Shown: positions 1-9,656 of the stretch, piece after piece
How positions within the stretch are numbered: position 1 is the first letter of the stretch
Layout: every line of letters begins with the position of its first letter
From: Bacteroidales bacterium
GTDB taxonomy: Bacteria > Bacteroidota > Bacteroidia > Bacteroidales > VadinHA17
Reading direction: 5' to 3'
NCBI GenBank assembly: GCA_049512815.1
Contig: JBEKWS010000019.1
Location: 20,835 to 84,834, forward strand
Length of the DNA: 64,000 nucleotides
Notes under the pieces: model-generated
Told to the model about the DNA's origin: nothing
Database searches by the model: none
What the model saw: the letters and a program-made list of their open reading frames with translations, nothing else
Made by a program: the position numbers and the translations under genes

Positions 1-777
1 TCTTCCTCCGGAAATGCCGGACTTTCCAGTTTTGGTGTTGCTCTTGTTGGCGTCTTGTTCTCTTACGGAGGCTGGCAGCATGCTTCGTTCCTTGCAGGTG
101 AGACAAAGAATCCTACAAGAAATGTTCCAATTGCCATGATTGCCGGTGCAATTGTAGTAACTATTATTTATATGCTCGTTAATATAAGCTATATGTTACT
201 CCTTCCTCTGGGTACAATTACTTCTTCTCAGAAAGTTGCTGCTGAAGCTGTCAGTACGATTCTTCCATTCGGAGGAATGCTTGTAGCAGCAATTATTGCA
301 ATTAGCACACTTGGTACCATTGGTATTTATACACTGTCTGCTCCAAGAATATATTTTGCAATGGCAGAAGATGGATTGTTTTTTAAAGGCATTGCAAAAG
401 TTCATCCTGTTTTCAAAACTCCTGTCAATGCAATAATAATTCAATCTGTCTGGGCAATTGTTCTCCTTATCTTCTGGAGAACATTCGAAAATCTTATTAC
501 CTACACAGTTTCTGTTGAATGGATCTTTTTTACTCTCGCTGCAGCAGGAATCTTTATTTTCAGGAAAAAGCTAAAGAATGTCGAAAGACCTTACAAAACA
601 TTCGGATACCCGGTAACACCTCTTATTTTCATATCTATCTGCACATGGTTTGTTCTTAATATAATGATAAACAAACCGTTACATATAGGTGTAGGAATCG
701 GTTGCCTGCTCCTTGGTGTACCAGTTTATTTCTACTTCAGAAAAAAGAATTTACATCATCATATTGATAATTTATGA
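1..777 (+). CDS. amino acid permease (APC superfamily), C-terminal part; the 5' end lies outside the window
   Basis: Frame 1 is open from base 1 up to the first listed Met at 55. The translation (FSYGGWQHASFLAGETKNP...) followed by several hydrophobic helices is typical of the second half of APC-type amino-acid transporters. Confidence 0.8.
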   Translation, partial: SSSGNAGLSSFGVALVGVLFSYGGWQHASFLAGETKNPTRNVPIAMIAGAIVVTIIYMLVNISYMLLLPLGTITSSQKVAAEAVSTILPFGGMLVAAIIAISTLGTIGIYTLSAPRIYFAMAEDGLFFKGIAKVHPVFKTPVNAIIIQSVWAIVLLIFWRTFENLITYTVSVEWIFFTLAAAGIFIFRKKLKNVERPYKTFGYPVTPLIFISICTWFVLNIMINKPLHIGVGIGCLLLGVPVYFYFRKKNLHHHIDNL

Positions 778-786
778 ACATCTTAA

Positions 787-838
787 ACCCCCTTTCCTGT
801 TTCCCCCAAGAGGAAGGCCGGGAAGGGGGTAATAAAAG
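787..838. repeat. partial copy (C) of the GC-rich repeat family; also a possible terminator hairpin
   Basis: ACCCCCTTTCC (787-797) pairs with GGAAGGGGGT (821-830) with one bulge. GGAAGGCCGGGAAGGGGGTAATAAAAG resembles the 3' end of copy B (32484-32510). Confidence 0.6.
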
Positions 839-856
839 ATATAATAATTTACTAAC

Positions 857-2017
857 ATGAAAGATATTTCTTATATAATCAACCATCTCGGAGAAGAACG
901 AGAAAAATACTTTAACGCCATCACTCCTCCGGTGTTTCAGACAAGTAATTTTGCTTTCAGGAATGTTGAGGAATTGAAAAAGGCAATTGCCGATGAAAAA
1001 AACAGCTATGTCTATTCACGCGGAAACAACCCTACAGTCGACATCCTTTGTAAAAAGATTGCAGCTCTTGAAGATACCGAGGAAGCTCTTGCTTTTGCCA
1101 GCGGTATGGCTGCCATCTCAACTGCAGTAATATCATTTATTAATTCAGGTGACCATATCGTTTCTGTACGAAGCAATTACAGCTGGGCCAACATGCTGAT
1201 GACAAGGTTTCTGACCCGTTTCGGTATTGAAACAACTTTTGTTGATGGCTGTGATACTGAAAACTTTAAAAAGGCTATCAGGAAGAACACCAGGATAATA
1301 TATCTGGAAAGTCCCAATTCGTTAACATTTGAACTTCAGGATATTGAGGCAGTTGCAGCAATTGCTAGGAACGCAGGAATAACAACCTTAATAGACAACA
1401 GTTATTCATCCCCGCTGACACAGTCTCCTGCCTCCATGGGAATAGACATAATACTCCATTCAGCAAGCAAGTACCTGGGTGGACACAGTGATATTGTTGC
1501 GGGAATGGTTTGTGGATCATCTGAGAACATATTGAGAATTTTCAAAAATGAATATATGGGTCTTGGAGGAATTATTTCTCCCTTTAATGCATGGCTTATG
1601 CTCAGAGGATTACGAACTCTTCAGGCAAGAATAGATCGGATATCGGAAACAACTACAAAAGTTTTGGAATATCTTGAAAATCATCCAATGGTTGCTGATG
1701 TTTTGCATCCTCTTTCAAAGAGACATCCGCAATACAATCTGGCCGTAAAACAGATGTTGAAACCAACAGGTCTTTTTTCAGTAAGGTTATCGGTAACTGA
1801 TAAAAACAAGATAGAGCTTTTTGTAAACAGTCTCAGGCAATTCATTATAGGGGTCTCATGGGGCGGACACGAATCGCTGGTTTTTCCGGCATTATCGTTT
1901 GATGAACAACGTACAAAAGATGGGTACTCAAATAATCTTATCAGATTCTACATTGGTCTGGATGAAGCAGACTCACTAATCCGGGATCTGGAACAAGCCT
2001 TTGGCAAAATCATTTAA
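857..2017 (+). CDS. PLP-dependent trans-sulfuration enzyme (cystathionine gamma-synthase / beta-lyase / methionine gamma-lyase family)
   Basis: 386 aa. Contains the Cys/Met-metabolism PLP family signature including the PLP-lysine context HSASKYLGGHSD. ATG start. Confidence 0.85.
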   Translation: MKDISYIINHLGEEREKYFNAITPPVFQTSNFAFRNVEELKKAIADEKNSYVYSRGNNPTVDILCKKIAALEDTEEALAFASGMAAISTAVISFINSGDHIVSVRSNYSWANMLMTRFLTRFGIETTFVDGCDTENFKKAIRKNTRIIYLESPNSLTFELQDIEAVAAIARNAGITTLIDNSYSSPLTQSPASMGIDIILHSASKYLGGHSDIVAGMVCGSSENILRIFKNEYMGLGGIISPFNAWLMLRGLRTLQARIDRISETTTKVLEYLENHPMVADVLHPLSKRHPQYNLAVKQMLKPTGLFSVRLSVTDKNKIELFVNSLRQFIIGVSWGGHESLVFPALSFDEQRTKDGYSNNLIRFYIGLDEADSLIRDLEQAFGKII

Positions 2018-2384
2018 GCTTTATAAAATTGAAGTGAACATCAAGCACCGAAGCAAAGTACTCTCCACGTTCCAGAATGTCATCATCACCATCTTCATAG
2101 TACCAGTTGAATATGTATTTCTTATGTTTCAGAGCAACGTAGGTAATCTTCTGCAGAATATGAATAAATACCTTGGCGCTGGCACTGTTAAAATATTCAA
2201 GATTCAAATCCACAGAGGTAACTTCAGCAGGAGCATTAATATATTCGGTAATCCAGTCTTCAATTGGTCCAAAAAAATCAGTTACATTCTCATGTATTGA
2301 CCTTCCCCTGATACGAATTATCCCTTCCGGATTTAAAATGACCTCTGGTGTATTCTTTGTCGGTGAAATCCTCAACTCCTCCAT
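2010..2384 (-). CDS. DUF1987 / SiaC-like small regulatory protein
   Basis: 124 aa. The N-terminus (ISPTKNTPEVILNPEGIIRIRGRSIHENVTDFFGPIEDWITEY) and the following LEYFNSASAKVFIHIL match the pattern I recall for DUF1987 (SiaC family). Its 3' end overlaps the convergent upstream gene by 8 nt. The two plus-strand ORFs here are antisense artefacts. Confidence 0.6.
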   Translation of the reverse strand: MEELRISPTKNTPEVILNPEGIIRIRGRSIHENVTDFFGPIEDWITEYINAPAEVTSVDLNLEYFNSASAKVFIHILQKITYVALKHKKYIFNWYYEDGDDDILERGEYFASVLDVHFNFIKLK

Positions 2385-2429
2385 CTCATTCTATTTGTTG
2401 CGAAATTACAAAAAAAAACAATAAAAATG

Positions 2430-3443
2430 TTAATACCTGGCTTGAGGAGTTACGTCATGACCTGAAAATTCACCCCTTAGGTATTTATAGTATCCAGTAA
2501 TTCCAATCATAGCAGCATTATCTGTTGTAAGTCTGAATTCAGGAATAAACAGGTTCCATTTTCTCTTTTCAGCTTCCAGTTTTATCTCATTTCTTAAACC
2601 GGAATTTGCTGAAACTCCCCCCGCGATTCCAATCTCTCTGATCCCGGTTTGTATTGAGGCTTTTATCATTTTTCCGATAAGAATACTGACTATTGTATGC
2701 TGAAGAGATGCGCACAGATCTGCTTTGTTTTTTTCTATAAAGGCCTGGTCTTCTTTTAACCTGTTGCGGAGGAAATAGAGAAAGCTTGTCTTTAATCCGC
2801 TGAAACTGAAATCAAGACCATTGACATGAGGTTTTGCAAACCTGAAAGCATTCATATTTCCTTCACTGGCCAGCTTATCGATCAGCGGGCCGGCAGGATA
2901 CGAAAAACCCATTACTTTTCCGCATTTATCAAAAGCCTCACCTGCCGCATCATCAATAGTGTTTCCGATAACCTCCATCTCAAGTTGGCTCTTCATAACA
3001 ATTATCTGTGTATGCCCTCCTGACACAAGCAGGCATAAGAAAGGGAAAGAGGGAAACTGGTTTTTCTTATCTTTTTCAAGTATAAAGTGAACCAGAACAT
3101 GTGCCTGAAGATGGTTTACCTCTATTAAAGGAATGTTTTGAGCAAGTGCAAATCCCTTTGCAAAAGAAGTTCCTACCAGAAGCGAACCAAGGAGTCCTGG
3201 TCCGCGTGTAAAAGCAACTGCATCAATATCTTCAACTTTTATCCCGGCTTCTAACAATGCCTGATGTGTAACAGGAACAATATTAACCTGATGAGCTCTT
3301 GATGCAAGTTCCGGGACAACACCCCCATACGACATATGGATATCCTGGTTGGCAATAAGATTGGAAAGAACATAACCGTCCCTGATAACTGCAACGGAGG
3401 TATCATCACATGACGATTCTATCGCTAAGATTGTAACTGCCAT
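2430..3443 (-). CDS. tsaD: tRNA N6-adenosine threonylcarbamoyltransferase TsaD
   Basis: 337 aa. ILAIESSCDDTSVAV at the N-terminus, the HMSYGGVVPELASRAH metal-binding motif, and Kae1/Gcp family length. Confidence 0.95.
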   Translation of the reverse strand: MAVTILAIESSCDDTSVAVIRDGYVLSNLIANQDIHMSYGGVVPELASRAHQVNIVPVTHQALLEAGIKVEDIDAVAFTRGPGLLGSLLVGTSFAKGFALAQNIPLIEVNHLQAHVLVHFILEKDKKNQFPSFPFLCLLVSGGHTQIIVMKSQLEMEVIGNTIDDAAGEAFDKCGKVMGFSYPAGPLIDKLASEGNMNAFRFAKPHVNGLDFSFSGLKTSFLYFLRNRLKEDQAFIEKNKADLCASLQHTIVSILIGKMIKASIQTGIREIGIAGGVSANSGLRNEIKLEAEKRKWNLFIPEFRLTTDNAAMIGITGYYKYLRGEFSGHDVTPQARY

Positions 3444-3472
3444 TAATACTTTGTTTTTCGGTATATTTCAGG

Positions 3473-3480
3473 TAATTTTG
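3473..3480 (+). promoter_or_regulatory. Bacteroidota -7 promoter box TAATTTTG (TAnnTTTG)
   Basis: Exact match to the TAnnTTTG consensus, 26 nt upstream of the ATG at 3506. Confidence 0.45.
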
Positions 3481-3505
3481 ATTCTTGATTTTTTAACACA
3501 TTTCA

Positions 3506-6500
3506 ATGCTCAAAAATATTAAAAAATCACTTAAGTATTTTGTTATTGTTATCGGGGTCATAATAATGCTCCCGACAGTCCTTTATCTTTTATTACAGAC
3601 TTCCGCAGTTCAGACTCTGATGGTAAAACGGATAACAAGTCATTTTTCAACTGAAATTAAATCAACAATATCTATTGGCAAAATTGAATATAAATTTTTT
3701 AATAAATTGTCTATCAATGATATACTTATTAAAGATAAAAATAATGATACACTGATATATTGCCAAAAAGTTATAGCTGGCATCAGGAGAATGGATTTTA
3801 AAAACAGGTCATTCAGGCTTGGAAGAGTAAGTTTGATTAAACCGGTTGTGGCATTTATTACAGACTCCTCTGGTCTGATGAACCTTACATGGTATATGGA
3901 CCTGATTAAGAATCCGGCTGACACAATAAAAAAAGTCAGCGTCAGTTTCTCAATCGATCAGATAGATATCAGTGATGCCAGGTTTTCTTTTATCAATCAT
4001 ACAGGTATAAAAGGTAAAACCAAAATGGACTTTAATAACCTGAATCTTGCCGGAATAAACGGGATTATTGAAGACTTTAAATCTTTAAATGATACAACTA
4101 CTTTTAACATCTACAATCTGGGATTTAAAGAATCATGCGGTTTCTCGGTGAAAAAAATGAACAGCTCTGTTATCATAGCCATGCAAAACATTTTGCTTAA
4201 CTCTGCTTTTATTAACTGCGACAACAGTATAATAAACATTTCCAGATTTGGTCTGATTGCTGATTCAGCCAGCTCATTTAAAAGATTCACTGAAAAAGTT
4301 AAACTTGATATCGTACTCGAAAAATCCCTGATAAATACTTCGGATCTGCAATATTTTATTCCTTTTGCTGATAGTGTAAATGAATCTGTATCATTATCAG
4401 GAAAGATCCTTGGCACCATATCCGAATTAAGAGGTCGAAATGTCAAACTTTCTTACAGGAACAATACTTCACTTGACTGTGATTTTGATTTTTCAGGACT
4501 TCCAAAAATAGAAAATGCATTCATATATATCGGAGTTAACAGCCTTAAGACAAATGCAAAGGATTTCGAACAGATCAATATACTGGGAAAAGAACTTCTG
4601 ATTATCCCGGAGGTTCTTAAAAAGCTGGGAAATATCTCATTTAATGGAAGTTTTACCGGATTTATAACTGATTTTGTAACCTATGGAGAAATCAGAACCA
4701 GCCAGGGAAATATTCGGACTGATATATCACTTAGGCCAGGAGAATCCAAAAAATACATGGTTAAGGGCCTGCTTAAGGGAAGTGATATTAATATCGGAGA
4801 ACTAATCGGAAAATCTGAATTATTAGGTAAGCTCAGTATGCAGACCAATGTTGATGGTTATGCCTATTCTTTAAAAAAATTTGCTGCAAATCTTACCGGT
4901 AGAATTGACAGTATTGAAATAAATAAATATTTATACCGTAACATATCTTTGAATGGATTCTTTACGGAGAAAACATGGGATGGAAGTATAAACATTGTTG
5001 ATAAGAATTTAAAACTCGACCTTCTGGGATTACTTAATTTTAACAATAAGCTACCCGAATTTGATTTTACCTTAAACATAGCTGATGCAAATCTTTATAA
5101 GTTGAATATTGACAAACTTGACTCTACCTCTTCCGTTACAATGCTTCTTACATCTAACTTCAAAGGGAATAGTATCGATAACCTTGATGGTGAAATAAAA
5201 CTTCTGCATTCCAACTTTAAAAAATTTAACAATAACCTCGAGCTTAATGACCTTTCCATCAGGAACTACAAAGAAAACTCTGAACCCGTATTAAGTCTGC
5301 GGACAGATTTTGTTGATGCAGATATAAAAGGTTATTACAATTTTGCTAAAATCGGGAATCTTATTAAATCAACTCTTGCAACACTGATGCCTTCTAAATT
5401 TCCTGTTACCGTCAAACGTAATGACCTCAAAAAGAACAATTTCACTTTTGAAATTAATTTTAAAAACACTGATAAAATCAATGATTTTTTCAGGACAGGT
5501 ATATTATTAGCAGACAAAAGCTCTATAAAGGGTTCCATTTTTACTGACAGTATAATACACATCGAAGGAAAAACAAATTTATTAAAAGTTAAAAATAATG
5601 TTTGGAAAGATTTTTCTTTGGATGCAAAGGTTTCAGGCTCTGAATTATTAATTGGTGTTAACGGTTCATCTCTCACCCTGCTGGGACAATCTGAGCTTAA
5701 GGATTTCTCTGTTGAACTTAAGACAAAGCCGGATAATTTCATTTTTACTGTTAATTGGGATAACAAAGACAAAATCCTCAACCGGGGTAATTTTATTGCG
5801 AGAGGTACAATAGAAAAGAATCTCATTGGAAAAAGAAATGTGATTCTGAAGGTTGATATTGATTCCTCGCATATTTATTCAGAAAATAACCTCTGGAAAT
5901 TAAGCAATTCATCCTTAGTGATTGATTCAAATGCAATAAGTATTAGTAAGCTCTATATCACCAGTAATGACCGTTATTACCTTGTTGATGGCTCTGTATC
6001 AGAGAATCCGGCAGATACATTGCATCTGGAATTTAAGAATATTGATATTGCACCTCTTAACTATTGGATAAACAGGAAAAGGAATAATGATCCTAATGCG
6101 CTTCCCCTGGATTTTAAGGGCAGTCTTAACGGAAAAATTCTTATAACCAATGTGTACAAGAGTTTATTACTTGCAGGTAATATAGTTGTAGAAAATTTCT
6201 CCTTGCTTGGCAGTGAGTTTGGTAATATTTCAATTAAATCGGAATTGGACAATATTAAAAAAGTTGTTAATATCCATGCCAGCAATAACTTCAATTCTGT
6301 AAAAATGTTTGATATTTCAGGAATGTATGATCCTGCAGCAAAAAAAATAGATCTTACCGCCAACACAACCAAATTACCTGTTGGTTTTCTTAACCCGTTG
6401 CTTAAAGTATTTGCTTCTGAAATAAAAGGATTTGCATCAGGTAAGGTAAATTTATCAGGAAATACAGATAATCTTGTTCTTAAAGGAACGGTGATGGCAG

Positions 6501-8011
6501 AGAACGCTTCAATGAAGATCAATTATCTGCAGACAAAATACACCTTAAATGATACTATCAGATTCGATAAGGATGGGATTAAATTCAATAATATCAGGGT
6601 TAATGACATAAAAGGAAATGTTGCTACTCTCTCCGGTTCAGTTAATCATAAGAATTTCCATGATTTTACTGCTGATCTCATTATCAAAATTATTTCAAAC
6701 GGTTTCCAGGTATTAAACACACAACTTAAGGACAATCCATTATTTTATGGCACCGCTTATGCTTCGGCTTTGGGAGTTGCAAAAATAAAAAGCGATCAGA
6801 ATTCCCTTTCATTCAAGATTAACGCTAAAACAGATAAAAACACAATGCTTTCTATCCCACTGAATAAAGGTCTTTCAGTTTCTGAATATTCGTTCATCAC
6901 CTTTGTTGACTCGAGTAAAGGTAAAAAAGTGGAACAAATAGCTGGTATCAGAACCTCTCCTGCTTCTGCAAAACAAATCGGGATTGATCTTGACATGATT
7001 CTTGATGTCACACCGGATGCTGTAATAAAAATTATTTTTGATTCAAAGGTAGGTGATATTATGAAAGGCAATGGATCAAGTGAAGATCTGCACATAACTC
7101 TTAACAAGAAGGGTGATTTCGGAATATGGGGTGAGTATTTAATTGAAGACGGGGACTATACTTTTACACTTGCTAATATTATAAATAAGACCTTTAAGGT
7201 GGAAAATGGAGGGAAGATAATGTTTACCGGAAATATCAAAGATGCAGAAATTGAATTGAAGGCTGACTATTTAAATTTAAAAACCTCTCTCTCAACGATA
7301 CTTCCGGATGTTCCGGATCCGAATGGAAAATATAAAGAAAGAATAAGTGTTGAACCTCAGCTGAATTTATCCGGCAAGTTGTTCAATCCAGTCGTCGCAT
7401 TCGATATTTATCTTCCGGATGCAGATGAAGAGCAAAGAGCTTACCTGCGAAATGCAATTTCAACGGAAGAAGAATTAACCCGGCAAACTGGATCCCTGCT
7501 TATATTAGGTAGTTTTATGCCACCCTTAGGATATTCATCTGGCTCTGCAACCACCATAGGAACTTCAGCAATGGCAGCTACAACTCTTGAAATGTTTTCA
7601 AACCAGTTTAGCAACATGTTATCACAGATAAGCAAAGATTTTGAACTCGGATTCCTTTACAGACCTGGATATGATGCTATAAACCCCCAGGAGGTTCAGC
7701 TTGCTTTATCAACTCAGCTACTGAAAAACAAAGTAGTACTCAATGGCAATGTTGATGTCAGGGGAACCAGCAGTGTAACAAATAATACAAATCAACTTGT
7801 GGGTGATTTTGATGCAGAAGTAAAGCTTACAGAAAAGTTACGCTTCAAAGTATTTAACAGGTTCAATGATGTTTATCAAGGATTGAGCCCCTACACTCAG
7901 GGCGTCGGAATCGTATTCAAAGAAGATTTTAATAAGTTTTCTGACTTGTTCAGAAAAAAAATCAAAACCGACATGAAGAAAGAGGATGAAACAAAAATAA
8001 AAGATAAATAG
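3506..8011 (+). CDS. translocation/assembly module TamB-like protein (DUF490-type giant envelope protein)
   Basis: 1501 aa. Single N-terminal membrane anchor (YFVIVIGVIIMLPTVLYLLL), a long beta-rich body, and a C-terminal region typical of Bacteroidota TamB-like proteins. It is divergent from tsaD; I recall this tsaD-tamB arrangement being common in Bacteroidota but did not verify that. Confidence 0.7.
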   Translation: MLKNIKKSLKYFVIVIGVIIMLPTVLYLLLQTSAVQTLMVKRITSHFSTEIKSTISIGKIEYKFFNKLSINDILIKDKNNDTLIYCQKVIAGIRRMDFKNRSFRLGRVSLIKPVVAFITDSSGLMNLTWYMDLIKNPADTIKKVSVSFSIDQIDISDARFSFINHTGIKGKTKMDFNNLNLAGINGIIEDFKSLNDTTTFNIYNLGFKESCGFSVKKMNSSVIIAMQNILLNSAFINCDNSIINISRFGLIADSASSFKRFTEKVKLDIVLEKSLINTSDLQYFIPFADSVNESVSLSGKILGTISELRGRNVKLSYRNNTSLDCDFDFSGLPKIENAFIYIGVNSLKTNAKDFEQINILGKELLIIPEVLKKLGNISFNGSFTGFITDFVTYGEIRTSQGNIRTDISLRPGESKKYMVKGLLKGSDINIGELIGKSELLGKLSMQTNVDGYAYSLKKFAANLTGRIDSIEINKYLYRNISLNGFFTEKTWDGSINIVDKNLKLDLLGLLNFNNKLPEFDFTLNIADANLYKLNIDKLDSTSSVTMLLTSNFKGNSIDNLDGEIKLLHSNFKKFNNNLELNDLSIRNYKENSEPVLSLRTDFVDADIKGYYNFAKIGNLIKSTLATLMPSKFPVTVKRNDLKKNNFTFEINFKNTDKINDFFRTGILLADKSSIKGSIFTDSIIHIEGKTNLLKVKNNVWKDFSLDAKVSGSELLIGVNGSSLTLLGQSELKDFSVELKTKPDNFIFTVNWDNKDKILNRGNFIARGTIEKNLIGKRNVILKVDIDSSHIYSENNLWKLSNSSLVIDSNAISISKLYITSNDRYYLVDGSVSENPADTLHLEFKNIDIAPLNYWINRKRNNDPNALPLDFKGSLNGKILITNVYKSLLLAGNIVVENFSLLGSEFGNISIKSELDNIKKVVNIHASNNFNSVKMFDISGMYDPAAKKIDLTANTTKLPVGFLNPLLKVFASEIKGFASGKVNLSGNTDNLVLKGTVMAENASMKINYLQTKYTLNDTIRFDKDGIKFNNIRVNDIKGNVATLSGSVNHKNFHDFTADLIIKIISNGFQVLNTQLKDNPLFYGTAYASALGVAKIKSDQNSLSFKINAKTDKNTMLSIPLNKGLSVSEYSFITFVDSSKGKKVEQIAGIRTSPASAKQIGIDLDMILDVTPDAVIKIIFDSKVGDIMKGNGSSEDLHITLNKKGDFGIWGEYLIEDGDYTFTLANIINKTFKVENGGKIMFTGNIKDAEIELKADYLNLKTSLSTILPDVPDPNGKYKERISVEPQLNLSGKLFNPVVAFDIYLPDADEEQRAYLRNAISTEEELTRQTGSLLILGSFMPPLGYSSGSATTIGTSAMAATTLEMFSNQFSNMLSQISKDFELGFLYRPGYDAINPQEVQLALSTQLLKNKVVLNGNVDVRGTSSVTNNTNQLVGDFDAEVKLTEKLRFKVFNRFNDVYQGLSPYTQGVGIVFKEDFNKFSDLFRKKIKTDMKKEDETKIKDK

Positions 8012-8095
8012 TTTGATACAAATTCCCTCTTTCATTGATACCCATAGTTAATAAATTTTTCATCATTGTTATTAACCCCGCATAATAGAATAGGG

Positions 8096-8103
8096 TATCT
8101 TTG
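8096..8103 (+). promoter_or_regulatory. candidate -7 promoter box TATCTTTG
   Basis: Exact TAnnTTTG match in the 193-nt intergenic region, about 100 nt upstream of the TTG start at 8205. The distance is long, so confidence is lower. Confidence 0.3.
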
Positions 8104-8204
8104 CGTTTTTTTATAACTTCGCACGTGAAAGTAATCTATATAAGATATTAGAAATATTTGAAACATTTTGAATATTGTACAATCAAATCGTTATAAACTA
8201 ATAA

Positions 8205-9140
8205 TTGCAACCCCAGTCAAATAATGACCTGCACAGAGTTCCTTCCGAAAAAAGGAAAGGGATATTCGGCACTACTTTAGTTCATGCAGTAATATTGGCT
8301 TTGCTTATTCTGGCCGGATTTACTATACCTCCGCCTCCTGAAATGGGAGAAGGTATAATGGTTAATTTCGGCACTGATGAAACTGGTTCCGGCATGATTG
8401 AGCCCTCTCCTTTTTCTGTTCAGATAGAAAAGGCAACACATCCCCGCGAAAAAGTTGCAGTGAAGACAGAAGATGAACATATTCTCACTCAAAACATAGA
8501 GGAAGCACCGGCAGTTAAGAAAATTGATCCGGAAGCAGCAAAGAAAAAACTGGAGAAAATTGAAGCCGATAAAAAGATTAAAGAGCAACTCACTGCGGAA
8601 AGAATCCGGAAAGAACAGGAAGAGACCGAAAGGAAGAGAATTGAAGCGGAACAGAAACGCCAGGCAGATATCATGAACCGGACAAAAAATGCTCTGGCAA
8701 ATTCAAAAAATGCAGGAACCAACTCTACAGGAGAAGGCATAACCGGAGGACCAGGTAATCAGGGTGTTACTACAGGATCAATTAATTCCAAAGTCCGTGG
8801 TGATGGCAGCGGCCTTGGCGATAAAGGCAATGGTTTTGGTGATAAGGGTAACGGTCTTGGTAATAAGGGTATATCATATAACCTTCAGGGTCGTGGTTTC
8901 CAGTCACTTCCTCCTCCTAAGTATGATTACCAGGGGGAAGGAAGAGTAGTCGTTGAAGTAAGTGTCGACAGGGCAGGTAAAGTTGTACAGGCCACGCCTG
9001 GTACAAAAGGGTCAACCACACTCGATGAATATTTACTTAAGGTAGCAAAAGAAGCTGCTCTTGAGGCCAGTTTCGAAGTAAAACAAGATGCCCCGGCTAT
9101 TCAAAAGGGTACTATCACATATAATTTTATTCTAAAATAG
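8205..9140 (+). CDS. TonB-family energy transducer-like protein (N-terminal anchor, charged linker, TonB-type C-terminal domain)
   Basis: 311 aa. TM anchor GTTLVHAVILALLILAGF, a Lys/Glu-rich linker, a Gly-rich GDKGNGFGDKGNGLGNKG repeat, and a C-terminal GRVVVEVSVDRAGKVVQA... TonB_C-like fold motif. The only in-frame start near the 5' end is TTG, so the start is uncertain. Confidence 0.6.
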   Translation: MQPQSNNDLHRVPSEKRKGIFGTTLVHAVILALLILAGFTIPPPPEMGEGIMVNFGTDETGSGMIEPSPFSVQIEKATHPREKVAVKTEDEHILTQNIEEAPAVKKIDPEAAKKKLEKIEADKKIKEQLTAERIRKEQEETERKRIEAEQKRQADIMNRTKNALANSKNAGTNSTGEGITGGPGNQGVTTGSINSKVRGDGSGLGDKGNGFGDKGNGLGNKGISYNLQGRGFQSLPPPKYDYQGEGRVVVEVSVDRAGKVVQATPGTKGSTTLDEYLLKVAKEAALEASFEVKQDAPAIQKGTITYNFILK

Positions 9141-9141
9141 G

Positions 9142-9179
9142 ATAATTCAGGAATGTGTCGCTATACATTCCTGAATTAT
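9142..9179. terminator. bidirectional hairpin terminator between convergent genes
   Basis: Perfect 15-bp stem ATAATTCAGGAATGT / ACATTCCTGAATTAT (9142-9156 and 9165-9179) with an 8-nt loop. Confidence 0.7.
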
Positions 9180-9568
9180 TATTGTCCTCTCTCAAATAAT
9201 TCCTTTATTGCAACATGAAGGTTATCAATAAGATTATTATCCTTAATAATATAATCATCAATACCTTTCCTTGCAAGCTCAAGTACAATTTCCCCTTTCT
9301 CCTGACCTGATAACATTATGACTGGAGTATCAGGCTTTAACTCTTTTAACTTATCCAGAACTTCCATTCCATTCATTACCTCCCGATCATTATTGACAAA
9401 AAAATAGTCCAGGATTATCAAGTCAGGGTTTTTATTTAACGCATTGAGGCAGTCTTCACCATATTCGAAAGCCTCAAGACGGTAACCCTCAGATGTAAAT
9501 CTCTTAATAACCAACATGTTTATAAAAGGATCGTCGTCGACAATAAAAATAAGTTTCTGGTCATTCAT
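9179..9568 (-). CDS. stand-alone response regulator receiver (CheY-like)
   Basis: 129 aa. IFIVDDDP, the DLIILDYFF phospho-acceptor Asp context, and PVIMLSG and K motifs. No output domain. Confidence 0.85.
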   Translation of the reverse strand: MNDQKLIFIVDDDPFINMLVIKRFTSEGYRLEAFEYGEDCLNALNKNPDLIILDYFFVNNDREVMNGMEVLDKLKELKPDTPVIMLSGQEKGEIVLELARKGIDDYIIKDNNLIDNLHVAIKELFERGQ

Positions 9569-9595
9569 CGAAGAGAGATTGATAATGGACGTTTA

Positions 9596-9603
9596 CAAAG
9601 TTA
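9596..9603 (-). promoter_or_regulatory. -7 promoter box TAACTTTG on the minus strand
   Basis: The plus strand reads CAAAGTTA. Exact TAnnTTTG on the minus strand, 28 nt upstream of the ATG at 9568. Confidence 0.45.
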
Positions 9604-9656
9604 TAATAAAAATCTAAATCATATGATTTTTAACAAATTCAGTCATTTTAGTTTTA

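Noticed and set aside
2001-2424. Two plus-strand ORFs (99 aa and 83 aa) between the trans-sulfuration gene and tsaD.
   Set aside because: They are antisense to the ORF with DUF1987-like sequence and have no recognisable motifs.
8815-8870. Repetitive GGTGATAAGGGTAACGG-type sequence.
   Set aside because: It is the coding repeat for the GDKGNG(F/L) linker of the TonB-like protein, which is ordinary low-complexity linker sequence.
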